From the IMG/VR virus record IMGVR_UViG_3300012936_000009, positions 127 to 64,126 of that record: a DNA stretch of 64,000 bases. The stretch is one strand, 5' to 3'. The notes beneath the pieces were generated by a model, which searched no databases, was not told the origin of the DNA, and worked only from the letters and a program-made list of their open reading frames with translations. Below, piece after piece: positions 37,001 through 45,672 of the stretch. The position numbers were made by a program, and so were the translations under genes. Numbering within the stretch: position 1 is the first letter of the stretch; each line of letters opens with the position of its first letter. Source of the DNA: a virus (Duplodnaviria > Caudoviricetes).

Positions 37001-37610
37001 CACCCTCAGCTGCTTCCTTCAGCATTTTGTAATCAACACGAGGAAAACGGTAAAAACCTTCAAGGTAGCCGCGAGAAACTAGATTAAAAAGTCGCTGTAG
37101 ACCAGTCGAAGTTTTCGGAAGAACAACTAAATGATGACGCCTCTTTACTGGGTCATAAAATTTTGCAGACTTTGACTCTTCTTCATTTTCGATAGTCAAA
37201 CTGCCTTCGTCTGTTGAAATGTCAACTGTTTCGTCATCGCCATCAACTTTGGCGAAAAGAGGAGTTCTAATCTTTTCTCGTTGTTCTTTAAGCTTGAAGA
37301 TAGCTTCTTTGTCACCTTTCTTTGCAGCTTTAGCTAGTTCATAATCTAAGTTCCAGATATCCAAATCCGGATGAACGTACATTTCGCAGCCTGGGACAAA
37401 TTTGAAGTTTCCTCCTCGTTTGCGAATCTTTTCAGCATGTAGAAACGCATGAGCAAAACTGTTCATATGCCCGTGATTTGTCAAACACCAGCTATCCATT
37501 CCATTCTGCAACACGAAATCGATATGTTCTTGCGGGTATCCTAAACCATCAAAAGTTGAGAATCCATCATGAGCATGGAGAGAGGTAAAATTCTTTGGAA
37601 TTTTATTCAT
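34029..37610 (-). CDS. dnaE: DNA polymerase III alpha subunit
   Basis: PHP motifs (HAHDGFS, TNHG, GCE, CDSHY), GPGRGSGAGSLV, FERFL, MPDIDSD, HAGGV, KFDLLGL, YGFNKSHA. Confidence 0.95.
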   Translation of the reverse strand: MNKIPKNFTSLHAHDGFSTFDGLGYPQEHIDFVLQNGMDSWCLTNHGHMNSFAHAFLHAEKIRKRGGNFKFVPGCEMYVHPDLDIWNLDYELAKAAKKGDKEAIFKLKEQREKIRTPLFAKVDGDDETVDISTDEGSLTIENEEESKSAKFYDPVKRRHHLVVLPKTSTGLQRLFNLVSRGYLEGFYRFPRVDYKMLKEAAEGDHIMISTACLGGPLSYEVFKHLQEVEFNDLNQNLLDDPSLMRKVQNGISNSYDALSDAVGIKNLMLELQFNKLPAQHLVNRAIIEFANEHNLTDQLVVTCDSHYAHPEHWREREIYKKLGWLNFKDFDPDSLPKSREDLSCELYPKNAEQVWNSYKETTKGMSFYDDQKVFDAIERTHSVVHEEIGEIHPDRSMKLPSYVIPKGKTANQALLDFCKKGLVERGLHEDPVYIDRLRTEFKVIKSKNFSEYFITMKAILDIAREKMLIGPGRGSGAGSLVNYVLGITDVDPVSNGLLFERFLSPERNEMPDIDSDVGDRDELISLLRENFGDLNVIPISNYNTFKLKSLVKDVSRFYRVPFEEANKALAPLEVDVKRGRKNDAESEDSFDIHIDEALKYSESLRNYLEKYPEILDPLKVLFKQNKALGRHAGGVIVSEKIAERMPLILARGEAQTPWVEGMNYKHLESFGWIKFDLLGLETLRIIEQTIRLILQGQGVENPEFSQVKDWFDSNMSTNTIDFDDQKVYKNVYHAGKWAAIFQCTQRGAQALFKRAKPESIVDIATLTSIYRPGPLSAKVDKLYIGAKKNPESVVYGHPLIEECLKETYGCIIFQEQVMNLCHVVAGIPKDECNAMRKMMKPVGSGNENIEKAKALQEKFISGSIANGVQKHIAEDLYEKILYFAGYGFNKSHAVSYAINSYYCAWLMTYYETEWVTAYLEAVSSNPNKLSKALSEVKKMGYTTTKIDINKAGKNWTPVSEKVLMPSFFSCKGIGEAAIEEILANRPYQSIDDLFWNEDGKWKHSKLNKKTLESLLKIRALDSLDWQSYFESYKQFYDCVSENWSMLRKSTKKNPFQGRDNLSELTLSYPNDDWNIKDNMEFEESLLGTINVANVIPSKLSDRFEELSILPMEEWSAKNLYWLVVVKVMKKKTKNGKPYFLLEAIGSNGEKNRIFCWGTREDSVLNPYSLCVAELDKSDFGFSTQFRKIKVFEV

Positions 37611-37674
37611 TTATTTTCCTGTTGTGGTTGAACTTAATATAAGGTACAGTTCTATTATAAAAGCAAAGGTAGGA

Positions 37675-38367
37675 TTATTCAGCTTTTATTTTAAGTAAAA
37701 TATCGTCTAGAATGTCTTGGTTTTGTACGCTTATTCCATAATGAGGAAGTACAGAAGCTAAAACTTTTTTCCTCAAAGATAAGTCTTCGTAAGCTTCGCA
37801 CCATATCCACGGGAGGGATTCTGTGATCTTTTTTAAATCATCCCGGATGCTATCTTGCCGCTTAACATTGTATTTGAGTTCTGTTTCCGGATCTATATCG
37901 TTTTCTATTCCTAAAGTATTACAAATCTCTATGAGCAAATCGTAATTTTCTTCAGAGATAGCCGAATTAGCTTTGGAGTAAAGTTCTTCCATCTCTTCAG
38001 CATTTTCGTGATCTTGCAATTTATCCGGATGAGTTTTTAAAGCAATTTTCCTAAAAGCTTTTTTTACCCATTTTGGAGCATTAGATTTTATATTTGGCTC
38101 TTCCCTCTCTTCTTGAGTCTCTTGACGAAAGTTACTATTTTGAAAATTATTAGAAGTGTTAACTTCCGAAATAGATACATCGTCTTCTTTTTTCTCTCCA
38201 GACAGTTCAGAGATTATAAAGTTGATATCTCTATTCCATTCTAGAGAATACTCTTTTAGAGCTTCCTCGCATTCAAAAAGATATGACGTCAACATAGAGA
38301 GTTCAGCTTTAGCTTTTCTAAGCTCTCTTAAGTTTTTTCTTTGGCTAATTTTTTCTTTATTTTTCAC
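37675..38367 (-). CDS. J-domain protein
   Basis: KKAFRKIALKTHPDK. Confidence 0.8.
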   Translation of the reverse strand: MKNKEKISQRKNLRELRKAKAELSMLTSYLFECEEALKEYSLEWNRDINFIISELSGEKKEDDVSISEVNTSNNFQNSNFRQETQEEREEPNIKSNAPKWVKKAFRKIALKTHPDKLQDHENAEEMEELYSKANSAISEENYDLLIEICNTLGIENDIDPETELKYNVKRQDSIRDDLKKITESLPWIWCEAYEDLSLRKKVLASVLPHYGISVQNQDILDDILLKIKAE

Positions 38368-38390
38368 AAAGATAATTATCGGAAGGTTTG

Positions 38391-38618
38391 TTAGTTTTCT
38401 GAAGTTTTGATTTGATTAATCTCTTCTAGCATTTTGCCAATGTTGGTGTCGAATTCTTTCTCGTAGTTTTCATGAATCGCTAGGATTCCATCTTCAGATT
38501 CCTTAAGTTTCATCATCCTCAAGTTGTCGACTATATCGGTACCGGTGAGTATGGCTACTTGAAGAACTTTTGCAACGCTAGCTATTACTTCATCATTAAA
38601 TCTTAATTCTTTACTCAT
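38391..38618 (-). CDS. Hypothetical protein
   Basis: GAGG SD, compact ORF. Confidence 0.6.
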   Translation of the reverse strand: MSKELRFNDEVIASVAKVLQVAILTGTDIVDNLRMMKLKESEDGILAIHENYEKEFDTNIGKMLEEINQIKTSEN

Positions 38619-38621
38619 AAT

Positions 38622-39428
38622 TTACCTCTGAATTTCTGGTACCCAATGTGTTGTTCTACCATCGGGAGTTTTTTCTTTTATGACTTCATTTCCATCAGGA
38701 TCGATTTTCTGATTATATACTAAAAATCGAGAACTGAAACTTCCTGATTCTCCGTAAAAATCTTTATAAGATTTTATGGTTGCTCCTCCAGTCTTGAAAG
38801 ACTCTCTCATAACTGACTTTATTGTTTTATTAAGAATTTGTAAATTTGAATCAGATATGTCTGAAACTTTTTTAAATGGGCTTATCCTAGCCAAGTAAAG
38901 AGATTCAGCCTTTATATAATTTCCAACCCCGGCAATAACTGATTGATCCATCAAGACTTTCGTAATGTTTTGATCATCTTTTTTTCTTATAGACTTTAAA
39001 AAATTTTCGCTAGTGACATCTTCAGCTAGCATATCGGGTCCAAAAGAGGATAATTTACTAGCTAGTTGTTTAGGATCTTGAGACAGTTTTATTGTTCCAA
39101 AATTTCTCATGTCATTGAAATAGACTGATTTGCCGTTTTCGAAAGAAAATTTTAACCTAGTATGCTTTGTTTCAATATTTTGCCAAGCTCCAGACATTCC
39201 CAAAGTTGACCACATACTACTCTTATCTTCAAAAATAGTGTATATGAACTTACCGTGAACTCCAACTCCCTTAATTTCTAAAGGAAGCTTTTCGTTAAAT
39301 TCTTTCAATCCCGGGAGTTCCTTTTTTGTGTACCTACCCGAAACTACTTCTACCTTTGTCAGTTTTTCTCCCCCGGTATAATCTCCGAGAAATAAGGCAT
39401 ACCTTCTGCATTCTGGACCTTCAGGCAT
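38622..39428 (-). CDS. Fpg/Nei DNA glycosylase with zincless finger
   Basis: MPEGPE start (ATG 39428), HGKF, LGMSG, DMRNFG, MDQSVIAGVGNY; C-terminal DGRTTHW without Cys. Confidence 0.9.
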   Translation of the reverse strand: MPEGPECRRYALFLGDYTGGEKLTKVEVVSGRYTKKELPGLKEFNEKLPLEIKGVGVHGKFIYTIFEDKSSMWSTLGMSGAWQNIETKHTRLKFSFENGKSVYFNDMRNFGTIKLSQDPKQLASKLSSFGPDMLAEDVTSENFLKSIRKKDDQNITKVLMDQSVIAGVGNYIKAESLYLARISPFKKVSDISDSNLQILNKTIKSVMRESFKTGGATIKSYKDFYGESGSFSSRFLVYNQKIDPDGNEVIKEKTPDGRTTHWVPEIQR

Positions 39429-39864
39429 ATTCTTGAATCCTATCAAAATTTTCGTTTAAATAATCATGGTAAAAAACTAAAGCGTGATCATTAGGGACAA
39501 CTTCTTTCCATTTTCCTTTTATAAAGATTTCATGAGCATCATTCGCATATTTTCCGCAGCCATATAAATCCTTAGCGTTTTCCCAATCTAAGTTAATATA
39601 ATCAGAGGAAAACTTTTTGAGAGTTTTTACTCTTCTGTTAGCTAACCCAAGAGGCTTTAAGATTGAAAAGAGATCTTCTTCTTTAGAATCTAAAATAGAT
39701 TTTGGATCAGGATATTTCGAAAAGAAATCGTGTATCATCGGTTCGACTTGCTTTCTAGAAGTTTGATTAAGCATCAAACAAACAACTAGTATCTTCCACT
39801 CATTTGGCCAGAATCTTTCTTGCAACAAATCGTACGGAGATTTAGGAGGTATCCATTTATTCAT
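39421..39864 (-). CDS. MBD4-like HhH G:T/U mismatch glycosylase
   Basis: WIPPKSPYDLLQE...WKILVVCLMLNQTS...PLGL...LYGCGKYAND...PNDHAL matches the MBD4 glycosylase domain. Confidence 0.8.
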   Translation of the reverse strand: MNKWIPPKSPYDLLQERFWPNEWKILVVCLMLNQTSRKQVEPMIHDFFSKYPDPKSILDSKEEDLFSILKPLGLANRRVKTLKKFSSDYINLDWENAKDLYGCGKYANDAHEIFIKGKWKEVVPNDHALVFYHDYLNENFDRIQEYA

Positions 39865-39870
39865 AAATGA

Positions 39871-39898
39871 ATTATAACTTAGGAGAGTAATTTTTCAG
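39871..39898 (-). promoter_or_regulatory. Sigma70-type promoter (leaderless)
   Basis: CTGAAA-16nt-TATAAT, 6 nt before ATG 39864. Confidence 0.5.
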
Positions 39899-39901
39899 GT
39901 A

Positions 39902-40240
39902 TTATTTGATGAATTTCATTGCAAACATGACAGCAGCCATAGCGAATTGAACTACTGCAAATATCGTGACTGCTTTAGTTTTAAAAGTTTTAAGAACTTC
40001 AACTTCTTCCGTCAAAGTCTTTAATTGGGTTGGGGAGGCAACTTCATCAATTTTTTCTTTCCATTGCCTTAGTTCTGTGACTCTATCTTCTCTATCACGA
40101 AGAAGAGCAATGTCTTGTTTTAGGTCTTGCATCTCGTCTTTCAGAGAATCAATGCCAGTTGCTAACGTCTCAAGTTCCTTTAATACCAGTTTTGAATATT
40201 CCGCCCATCCATTTTCAGACATTGTCTTCAGCTCCACCAC
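39902..40240 (-). CDS. Coiled-coil protein with C-terminal TM
   Basis: NGWAEYSKLVL..., C-terminal hydrophobic helix; start probably ATG 40222. Confidence 0.6.
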   Translation of the reverse strand: MVELKTMSENGWAEYSKLVLKELETLATGIDSLKDEMQDLKQDIALLRDREDRVTELRQWKEKIDEVASPTQLKTLTEEVEVLKTFKTKAVTIFAVVQFAMAAVMFAMKFIK

Positions 40241-40439
40241 TTATTGTTTCTTTTATTGAAGCCTGAATTTCTCTCAACTCTCGAATGATATCGTCATTCT
40301 CTTTACAACTAGGCTTATATTTGTCTAAACATTCATCAAACTGTAACCAGAGAGAAACTAAAGCAGAGCTGACCTTCTTGCCTCTAGCACGAGAAGCCAA
40401 CTTCTGCCTTAATTCTTCTAAATGGTCGTATTTTCCCAT
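40215..40439 (-). CDS. Hypothetical protein
   Basis: ATAATTA motif 5 nt upstream of the start. Confidence 0.55.
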   Translation of the reverse strand: MGKYDHLEELRQKLASRARGKKVSSALVSLWLQFDECLDKYKPSCKENDDIIRELREIQASIKETISGGAEDNV

Positions 40440-40447
40440 AAACTTAA

Positions 40448-41179
40448 TTATGGAGAAAGATTACATACTACACTCATGACTTCGTGAAAAGCTTGAGAAT
40501 TAGAAAATAAATCTCTTAATTCAATGCTGTTGTCTACGATGGAAGAATTTTCTATTTTAGAAATTTTCTTTTTTTCAGCTGCTTTTATTTTTCTGTTTAA
40601 TTGGAGAGATAGTTCTAAAAGTTTTGAACTTTTCCTAGATATAGTAGAAAAAGTAACATCTTGGTTAGTAAAAAAATTAAGGCAAAAGTATCTAACAAAT
40701 TCAATATCGGAAATCAAATCTGCTACTGAACTACTGCTAATCTCTAAAGAAACTTCTTTATCAGAGATTTGTCTTATTTTGTTGACAAAAATTCCGGAAT
40801 TTATTAAACTTTCCGCAAAGGATTTTAAGGATTGATTCACGTTAGGGTTGATGCTAGCATACCCCATGTTAGAGTATGATTCTTTTCTTATCTCACTAGA
40901 AATTATTTCTAGCGGAATCTTAGCAGTAGCTGAAGAAATTATAATAGAAAGGTTTTCAGCTAAATCTTTTATCTCTTTAGATTCTTTAGAACAGTAGCAT
41001 ATGAAGCCGTGCTCAGCGTTTCTATACATTTTTAATATAGCAGATTCTTCTTTTTCAAAAACAGCCCCACCGATTATGTAAGTCAATTCTCCATTTACCT
41101 CAGTTTGTCTCAAAAACTCAGAGTAAGAACGAAAAAAAGATTCATCCTGGGGCATATTTTCAAAATAGGTAACCCACAT
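40448..41179 (-). CDS. Hypothetical protein
   Basis: TAATG overlap with clpP. Confidence 0.55.
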   Translation of the reverse strand: MWVTYFENMPQDESFFRSYSEFLRQTEVNGELTYIIGGAVFEKEESAILKMYRNAEHGFICYCSKESKEIKDLAENLSIIISSATAKIPLEIISSEIRKESYSNMGYASINPNVNQSLKSFAESLINSGIFVNKIRQISDKEVSLEISSSSVADLISDIEFVRYFCLNFFTNQDVTFSTISRKSSKLLELSLQLNRKIKAAEKKKISKIENSSIVDNSIELRDLFSNSQAFHEVMSVVCNLSP

Positions 41180-41781
41180 TATTCAAGCTCAATATCAACG
41201 CTGACGTCTACAGTTACCTTTGGTACTCTTAACTGGTTAGCCAGTTTGTGCTTTTTGGCTTCTTGTGCATCTAGAAACCAGTCAGCATGCTTCTTTTTGT
41301 CTACTATCTTCATAAAATAGTCATCTTTTTGTCCGCAGTTTCTAGCCATCATCGTATAAATCTTTGTGTTTAATCGATCAGCTTCTTTCGCACCTGCTTT
41401 TAGCTCTTCTACCTTGCCGAAGTCCATCGAAGAAACATCGTGGATCATGACTGTGGCATCCGGATCCATAAACCTCAACCCTTCTTCACCGAAAGAGAAA
41501 AGAATAGCACCGCAGCTCATAGCTTTTCCTTCTACGATCGTAGCAACCGGCAATTCAGCATGTTTGATTGCTGAAATCATAGACATCAAACTATAAACTT
41601 GCCCTCCATAAGAATCAATAACGACAGGAATAACTTTCTGCCCCGTATTATGTGCTCGAGCAACTTCTTGATCAAATTTTCTAGCCGAATCTTCGTCAAA
41701 CTTATTTACTCTTACGATAACTGGATTGTATCTCATCTCTACCTCTTTTATGAGAGGCGATATTTTAGTAGTCCACTTCAT
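41179..41781 (-). CDS. clpP: ClpP-family protease
   Basis: IDSYGG, GKAMSCG (Ser), MIHD (His), DWFLDAQEAKK (Asp). Confidence 0.85.
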   Translation of the reverse strand: MKWTTKISPLIKEVEMRYNPVIVRVNKFDEDSARKFDQEVARAHNTGQKVIPVVIDSYGGQVYSLMSMISAIKHAELPVATIVEGKAMSCGAILFSFGEEGLRFMDPDATVMIHDVSSMDFGKVEELKAGAKEADRLNTKIYTMMARNCGQKDDYFMKIVDKKKHADWFLDAQEAKKHKLANQLRVPKVTVDVSVDIELE

Positions 41782-41791
41782 TATTTTCTCC

Positions 41792-44260
41792 TTATGAACA
41801 TTTCGAGTAACCGCACGACGTACATGTTACACAACCTTCTTGATAAATTAAGGAATCCTCTGCAGAGCATTCCGGGCATGTTTTGCTTCCACCAGGAACA
41901 GTGCCGTCATCGATATATTTTTTCAAAACTCTAGCAACTACCCTAGCGAAAGAGAATAGGTGAGCATCTCTATCCTTTTGAAGCTGCTCAACGATATATT
42001 GTATTGGAGCTCCGTGCCTCAAAGCTAAAGAAATCACTCGAGTAAAACCAGCATAGTCTGGATTATCGAATACCTTGACGATGTCTTTAACAACAACTTC
42101 GCTTCCATTTTCACCAAAATGTAAATCATACTTTGATGGCATTGTTTTTCTAGATCTTTTAGTAATTTTTCCAGAATCGTAAGAAGAGGGGATTTCTATA
42201 AACTCCGATTTTCCTCCTAAAACTTCGTAAGGCTTTCCGTCCATCATCCCTACCAGGATAGTCCAAGCCTCTCCCTTAACCTGAGCCCTGTGTATTTCAC
42301 ACTGCAAATTTTCAGGACGTTTTGGAGCGTTTACTGTATCAAAAGAAGAATCAGAATTTTTGCTATCTGTACTCACCAGTACTCCGGAGCGTGAACCGTC
42401 TCTATATACAGTCACACCTTTCAAACCTTGCTTCCAACCTCTCCAGTAAACTTTCTTTACGTCATCTACTGAAACATCGTTTGGAAGGTTGATTGTTTTA
42501 CTTATCGCATGGCAAACCCAACGCTGAGCCGCGGCCTGGACATCTACTGCTGATTCCCAATCGATTTCATTAGCGGTAGCTAAATGATAAGGGCTATCTG
42601 ATATTTCCTCTTTTCCGCTAGTATCCATCCACCCTTTAAAGCCATGATGATAGACGGTGAATTCCTGCCACTTATCTCCCAAATCATCAACAAAATCGAC
42701 TGTAGCACTTGGGTCGCTTGGGTTAACCTTTTTTCTTCTTTTATATTTCAACATAAAAGCCGGCTCAATACCTGAAGTTGTCTGAGTTAACATGGAAACA
42801 CTTCCACATGGAGCAGTAGTTGTCAAAGCTATGTTTCTTCTGCCATGTTTAGAGTGCAATTCTCTAACCTCTGGACTTGCTTCAAATATCCTCTGAATGA
42901 AAGGATGCTCTTTTTCTTTTTCAAAATCGTAAACAGGAAAAGAACCTCTCTCTTTTGCTAAGATGCATGAAGACTTATAAGAAGACAAACAAAGAGTTTT
43001 ATAAATTTTTTCGGTCTCTGTAACGCTGTTATTACTTCCGTAAGTCAAACCAAGCATAGCTAGAGTATCGCCTAACCCTGTTACTCCCAACCCAGTTCTT
43101 CTACCGTTTTGGGCTGCTTCCTTGATTTTCCTCCACAGCTCTAACTCGTTAGCTTTTACTGAGTCAGGCTCTGGATCAGATTTCACTTTCGAAACAATCT
43201 TATCAACACATTCCATCTCGAGATCGATAAGATCATCCATCAACCTTTGAGCTTTCTGAGTGTAAGAGTTGAACAGATCATAATCAAAACTACTGTTCTC
43301 CGTAAATGGTTCTTTAACAAAGGAAGTCAAATTAAGAAGCAAGAGTCGGCAACTATCATAAGCAGAAAGAGTTATTTCGCTACAAGGGTTTGTGCTGACG
43401 GTATGGAAACCATCTTCACTATAAGCTTGAGCTGGCGTATAATTTAAAACATTGTCCCAAAACAAAAGTCCAGGCTCAGCAGACGCATGAGCTGATTCGA
43501 TTATTTGCTCCCAAAGAACAGAGGCGTCTACTTTTTTAGAAACTAATTTATCACCCTCTCCATCTACAGGATATCTTAGTTCAAAATCTTCGTTATTCTC
43601 AACAGCACTCATAAACTCATCGGAAAGTCTAATAGAGATATTTGCGCCAGTCACTTTAGTGAGGTCTCTTTTGATGTTGACAAACGTTTCAATGTCTGGA
43701 TGATGAACACTGATAGTTAGCATCAAAGCTCCTCGTCGGCCACCTTGAGCCACCTCACGGCAACTATTAGAAAACCTCTCCATGAAAACCCCGATGCCAT
43801 CAGTAGTTTTAGCAGCATTAGAAGTGCTTAGACCTTGAGGGCGAATCGAAGAAATGTCAAACCCAACTCCGCCGCGGCGTTTCATGATTTGAACTTGCTC
43901 TTGATCAGTTTTCAAAATCCCCCCATAAGAATCGTGAGGAGACTCTACTACAAAGCAATTAGATAAAGATTGAATCTGCCCGGTATTACCGATGCCAGAC
44001 ATAGGAGAACCTTGGGGGACTACAAATTTAAAATCCTTGAGTAAGGAATATATTTCCTCTTCGCCCATGGGATTATCATACTTAGATTCAATTCTAGCAA
44101 ACTCTGCAGCGATTCTTTTGTGCATGTCGTCTGGAGTTTGCTCTAAATAACTTCCGTTTTTCGAAACCAAAGCATACTTGGTCGCAAAGACGCTAGCTGC
44201 TAATTCGTCTCCACCAAAATACTTGGTGCTTGCTTTCATAACTTGATCAAAAGTATACAT
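41792..44260 (-). CDS. nrdJ: Class II (adenosylcobalamin-dependent) ribonucleotide reductase
   Basis: SNCFV, QGGRRGA, TNPCSE, TTAPCGS, SGIEP, ISKTIN, KGVTVYRDGSR; C-terminal TSCPD-like domain and CxxC pairs; no R2 gene nearby. Confidence 0.9.
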   Translation of the reverse strand: MYTFDQVMKASTKYFGGDELAASVFATKYALVSKNGSYLEQTPDDMHKRIAAEFARIESKYDNPMGEEEIYSLLKDFKFVVPQGSPMSGIGNTGQIQSLSNCFVVESPHDSYGGILKTDQEQVQIMKRRGGVGFDISSIRPQGLSTSNAAKTTDGIGVFMERFSNSCREVAQGGRRGALMLTISVHHPDIETFVNIKRDLTKVTGANISIRLSDEFMSAVENNEDFELRYPVDGEGDKLVSKKVDASVLWEQIIESAHASAEPGLLFWDNVLNYTPAQAYSEDGFHTVSTNPCSEITLSAYDSCRLLLLNLTSFVKEPFTENSSFDYDLFNSYTQKAQRLMDDLIDLEMECVDKIVSKVKSDPEPDSVKANELELWRKIKEAAQNGRRTGLGVTGLGDTLAMLGLTYGSNNSVTETEKIYKTLCLSSYKSSCILAKERGSFPVYDFEKEKEHPFIQRIFEASPEVRELHSKHGRRNIALTTTAPCGSVSMLTQTTSGIEPAFMLKYKRRKKVNPSDPSATVDFVDDLGDKWQEFTVYHHGFKGWMDTSGKEEISDSPYHLATANEIDWESAVDVQAAAQRWVCHAISKTINLPNDVSVDDVKKVYWRGWKQGLKGVTVYRDGSRSGVLVSTDSKNSDSSFDTVNAPKRPENLQCEIHRAQVKGEAWTILVGMMDGKPYEVLGGKSEFIEIPSSYDSGKITKRSRKTMPSKYDLHFGENGSEVVVKDIVKVFDNPDYAGFTRVISLALRHGAPIQYIVEQLQKDRDAHLFSFARVVARVLKKYIDDGTVPGGSKTCPECSAEDSLIYQEGCVTCTSCGYSKCS

Positions 44261-44262
44261 TT

Positions 44263-45672
44263 TTACCTCTTTAGTTCATCCCACTTTTTCTTTAAGTTTT
44301 CCTTCATAGCTTTTTCGTCGCTTTGTACTGCCTCTGATAACGTCTGAATGTCTTCATTTAAAATTTCAAATTTAGACATGCTAGTGTCAATGTGAATCGG
44401 AAAAAGAATCCCATCTTTACCAGCCCTGTTTTTAGCAACAAAAAGTCTAGCGTGTCCAGTAGATTTTTCTATAGGTTTTCTAGATAAGGAAACTACAAAA
44501 TCTGCTACCATCGCTTTTCCGTAAGCTTCGGACATGTTTTCAAGACCGACGATATCAGAATTCGCAGAATCGCGGTTGGCTTGAGAAGCTGTCCAGATTG
44601 GTATACTCATTTCCATTGCTAAATTTCTTAACTCTTCGTATATTAGTTTTAGTTCATGCCGCAAAGAATCATATTGTCGCGTCGACCTCATGATATCCGC
44701 GTAGTCAATCACGATCACGCTTGGTTTAAAACCTCGCAAAGTCAGTTTATCAATGTGATTCCTAATTGTAATAACCGAAGCCGAATTTGTAGGATACTCC
44801 TTGATTATCAAGCGACCTAAATCTTCGTTGCTTTCATAAAAATTAATCACTTTTTCTTTCTGGTTAATGACGTCAGAAGAATTAATTCCACAAAGATTAG
44901 AATCATACCTTAAACCAACGGCTTGTTCGGTAAGTTCGAAAGTGTAATGAAGAACATTTTTTCCAGCCCTCATAGCATTAGCGCCCATGGCTACAAGCCA
45001 ATGAGATTTACCGACACCGGTGTTGGCCGTGACAATTCCAATTTCTCCGCGACCGAGTCCTCCGTTAAGGATGTCAGCTGCATCAAGTTTACTTAGCCCT
45101 GTTGGGCAAACTTGACGATTAATTTTTACAAATCTTGCTTCTATATCTTCAAAAAAGTCATGACCGGCGGAATTTGGTAGCCCGATTGAAACAGCATTCT
45201 TCATGAGAGATAAAACATTTTCAAACTTATCTTCCGAAATAAGCTCTACAGATTTTTCCAAAGCTTCCTTGAATGCCTGTCTTTTGCAAAAATCTAGTAT
45301 CTTCTCTTTGACATAAGCAACATCTCCAGGATGCGGATTCTTCTTCATACGATGCAAAAAATCAATAACTTGTGTCTTCAAAAGATCGTCGTTTTCTTCT
45401 TGAAAAGACTCTTTAATTATAGAGACAAGCAACTGGTTAGTTGGGAAACACCTGTACCTAAAGTAGTAGTTAAAATACTTCTCACAAAGAAATTTTAGAT
45501 AGACTAATTCAAAAAAGTCATACCTCATGACTTCCACCATTTGAGCTGCCCACCCGTGGTCAGTCAAGAGACCTTGCAAGATCTTTTCCTGAAATTGTTT
45601 GTTATATTTTGAAAACTGACCTGAAGGTACGTTATCTAGAATGCTTGCTTCGTATTCGTTATTTTCCATCAC
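44263..45672 (-). CDS. Replicative helicase (DnaB / T4 gp41-like)
   Basis: ANTGVGKS, TFELT, IDYAD, WTASQANR, KNR. Confidence 0.9.
   Translation of the reverse strand: MMENNEYEASILDNVPSGQFSKYNKQFQEKILQGLLTDHGWAAQMVEVMRYDFFELVYLKFLCEKYFNYYFRYRCFPTNQLLVSIIKESFQEENDDLLKTQVIDFLHRMKKNPHPGDVAYVKEKILDFCKRQAFKEALEKSVELISEDKFENVLSLMKNAVSIGLPNSAGHDFFEDIEARFVKINRQVCPTGLSKLDAADILNGGLGRGEIGIVTANTGVGKSHWLVAMGANAMRAGKNVLHYTFELTEQAVGLRYDSNLCGINSSDVINQKEKVINFYESNEDLGRLIIKEYPTNSASVITIRNHIDKLTLRGFKPSVIVIDYADIMRSTRQYDSLRHELKLIYEELRNLAMEMSIPIWTASQANRDSANSDIVGLENMSEAYGKAMVADFVVSLSRKPIEKSTGHARLFVAKNRAGKDGILFPIHIDTSMSKFEILNEDIQTLSEAVQSDEKAMKENLKKKWDELKR

Noticed and set aside
37140-37380. Insertion in the DnaE PHP domain as a possible intein or intron
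   Set aside because: Short, in frame, and lacking the Cys/Ser start and His-Asn end motifs; more likely a loop insertion.
8179-44260. Interpretation as a bacterial chromosome because of groL, def, guaB, dnaE, clpP and sigma70
   Set aside because: Single-strand dense coding, gp32/gp41/gp26/AGT-like genes, a tape measure and baseplate module, and no bacterial operon context indicate a large phage.
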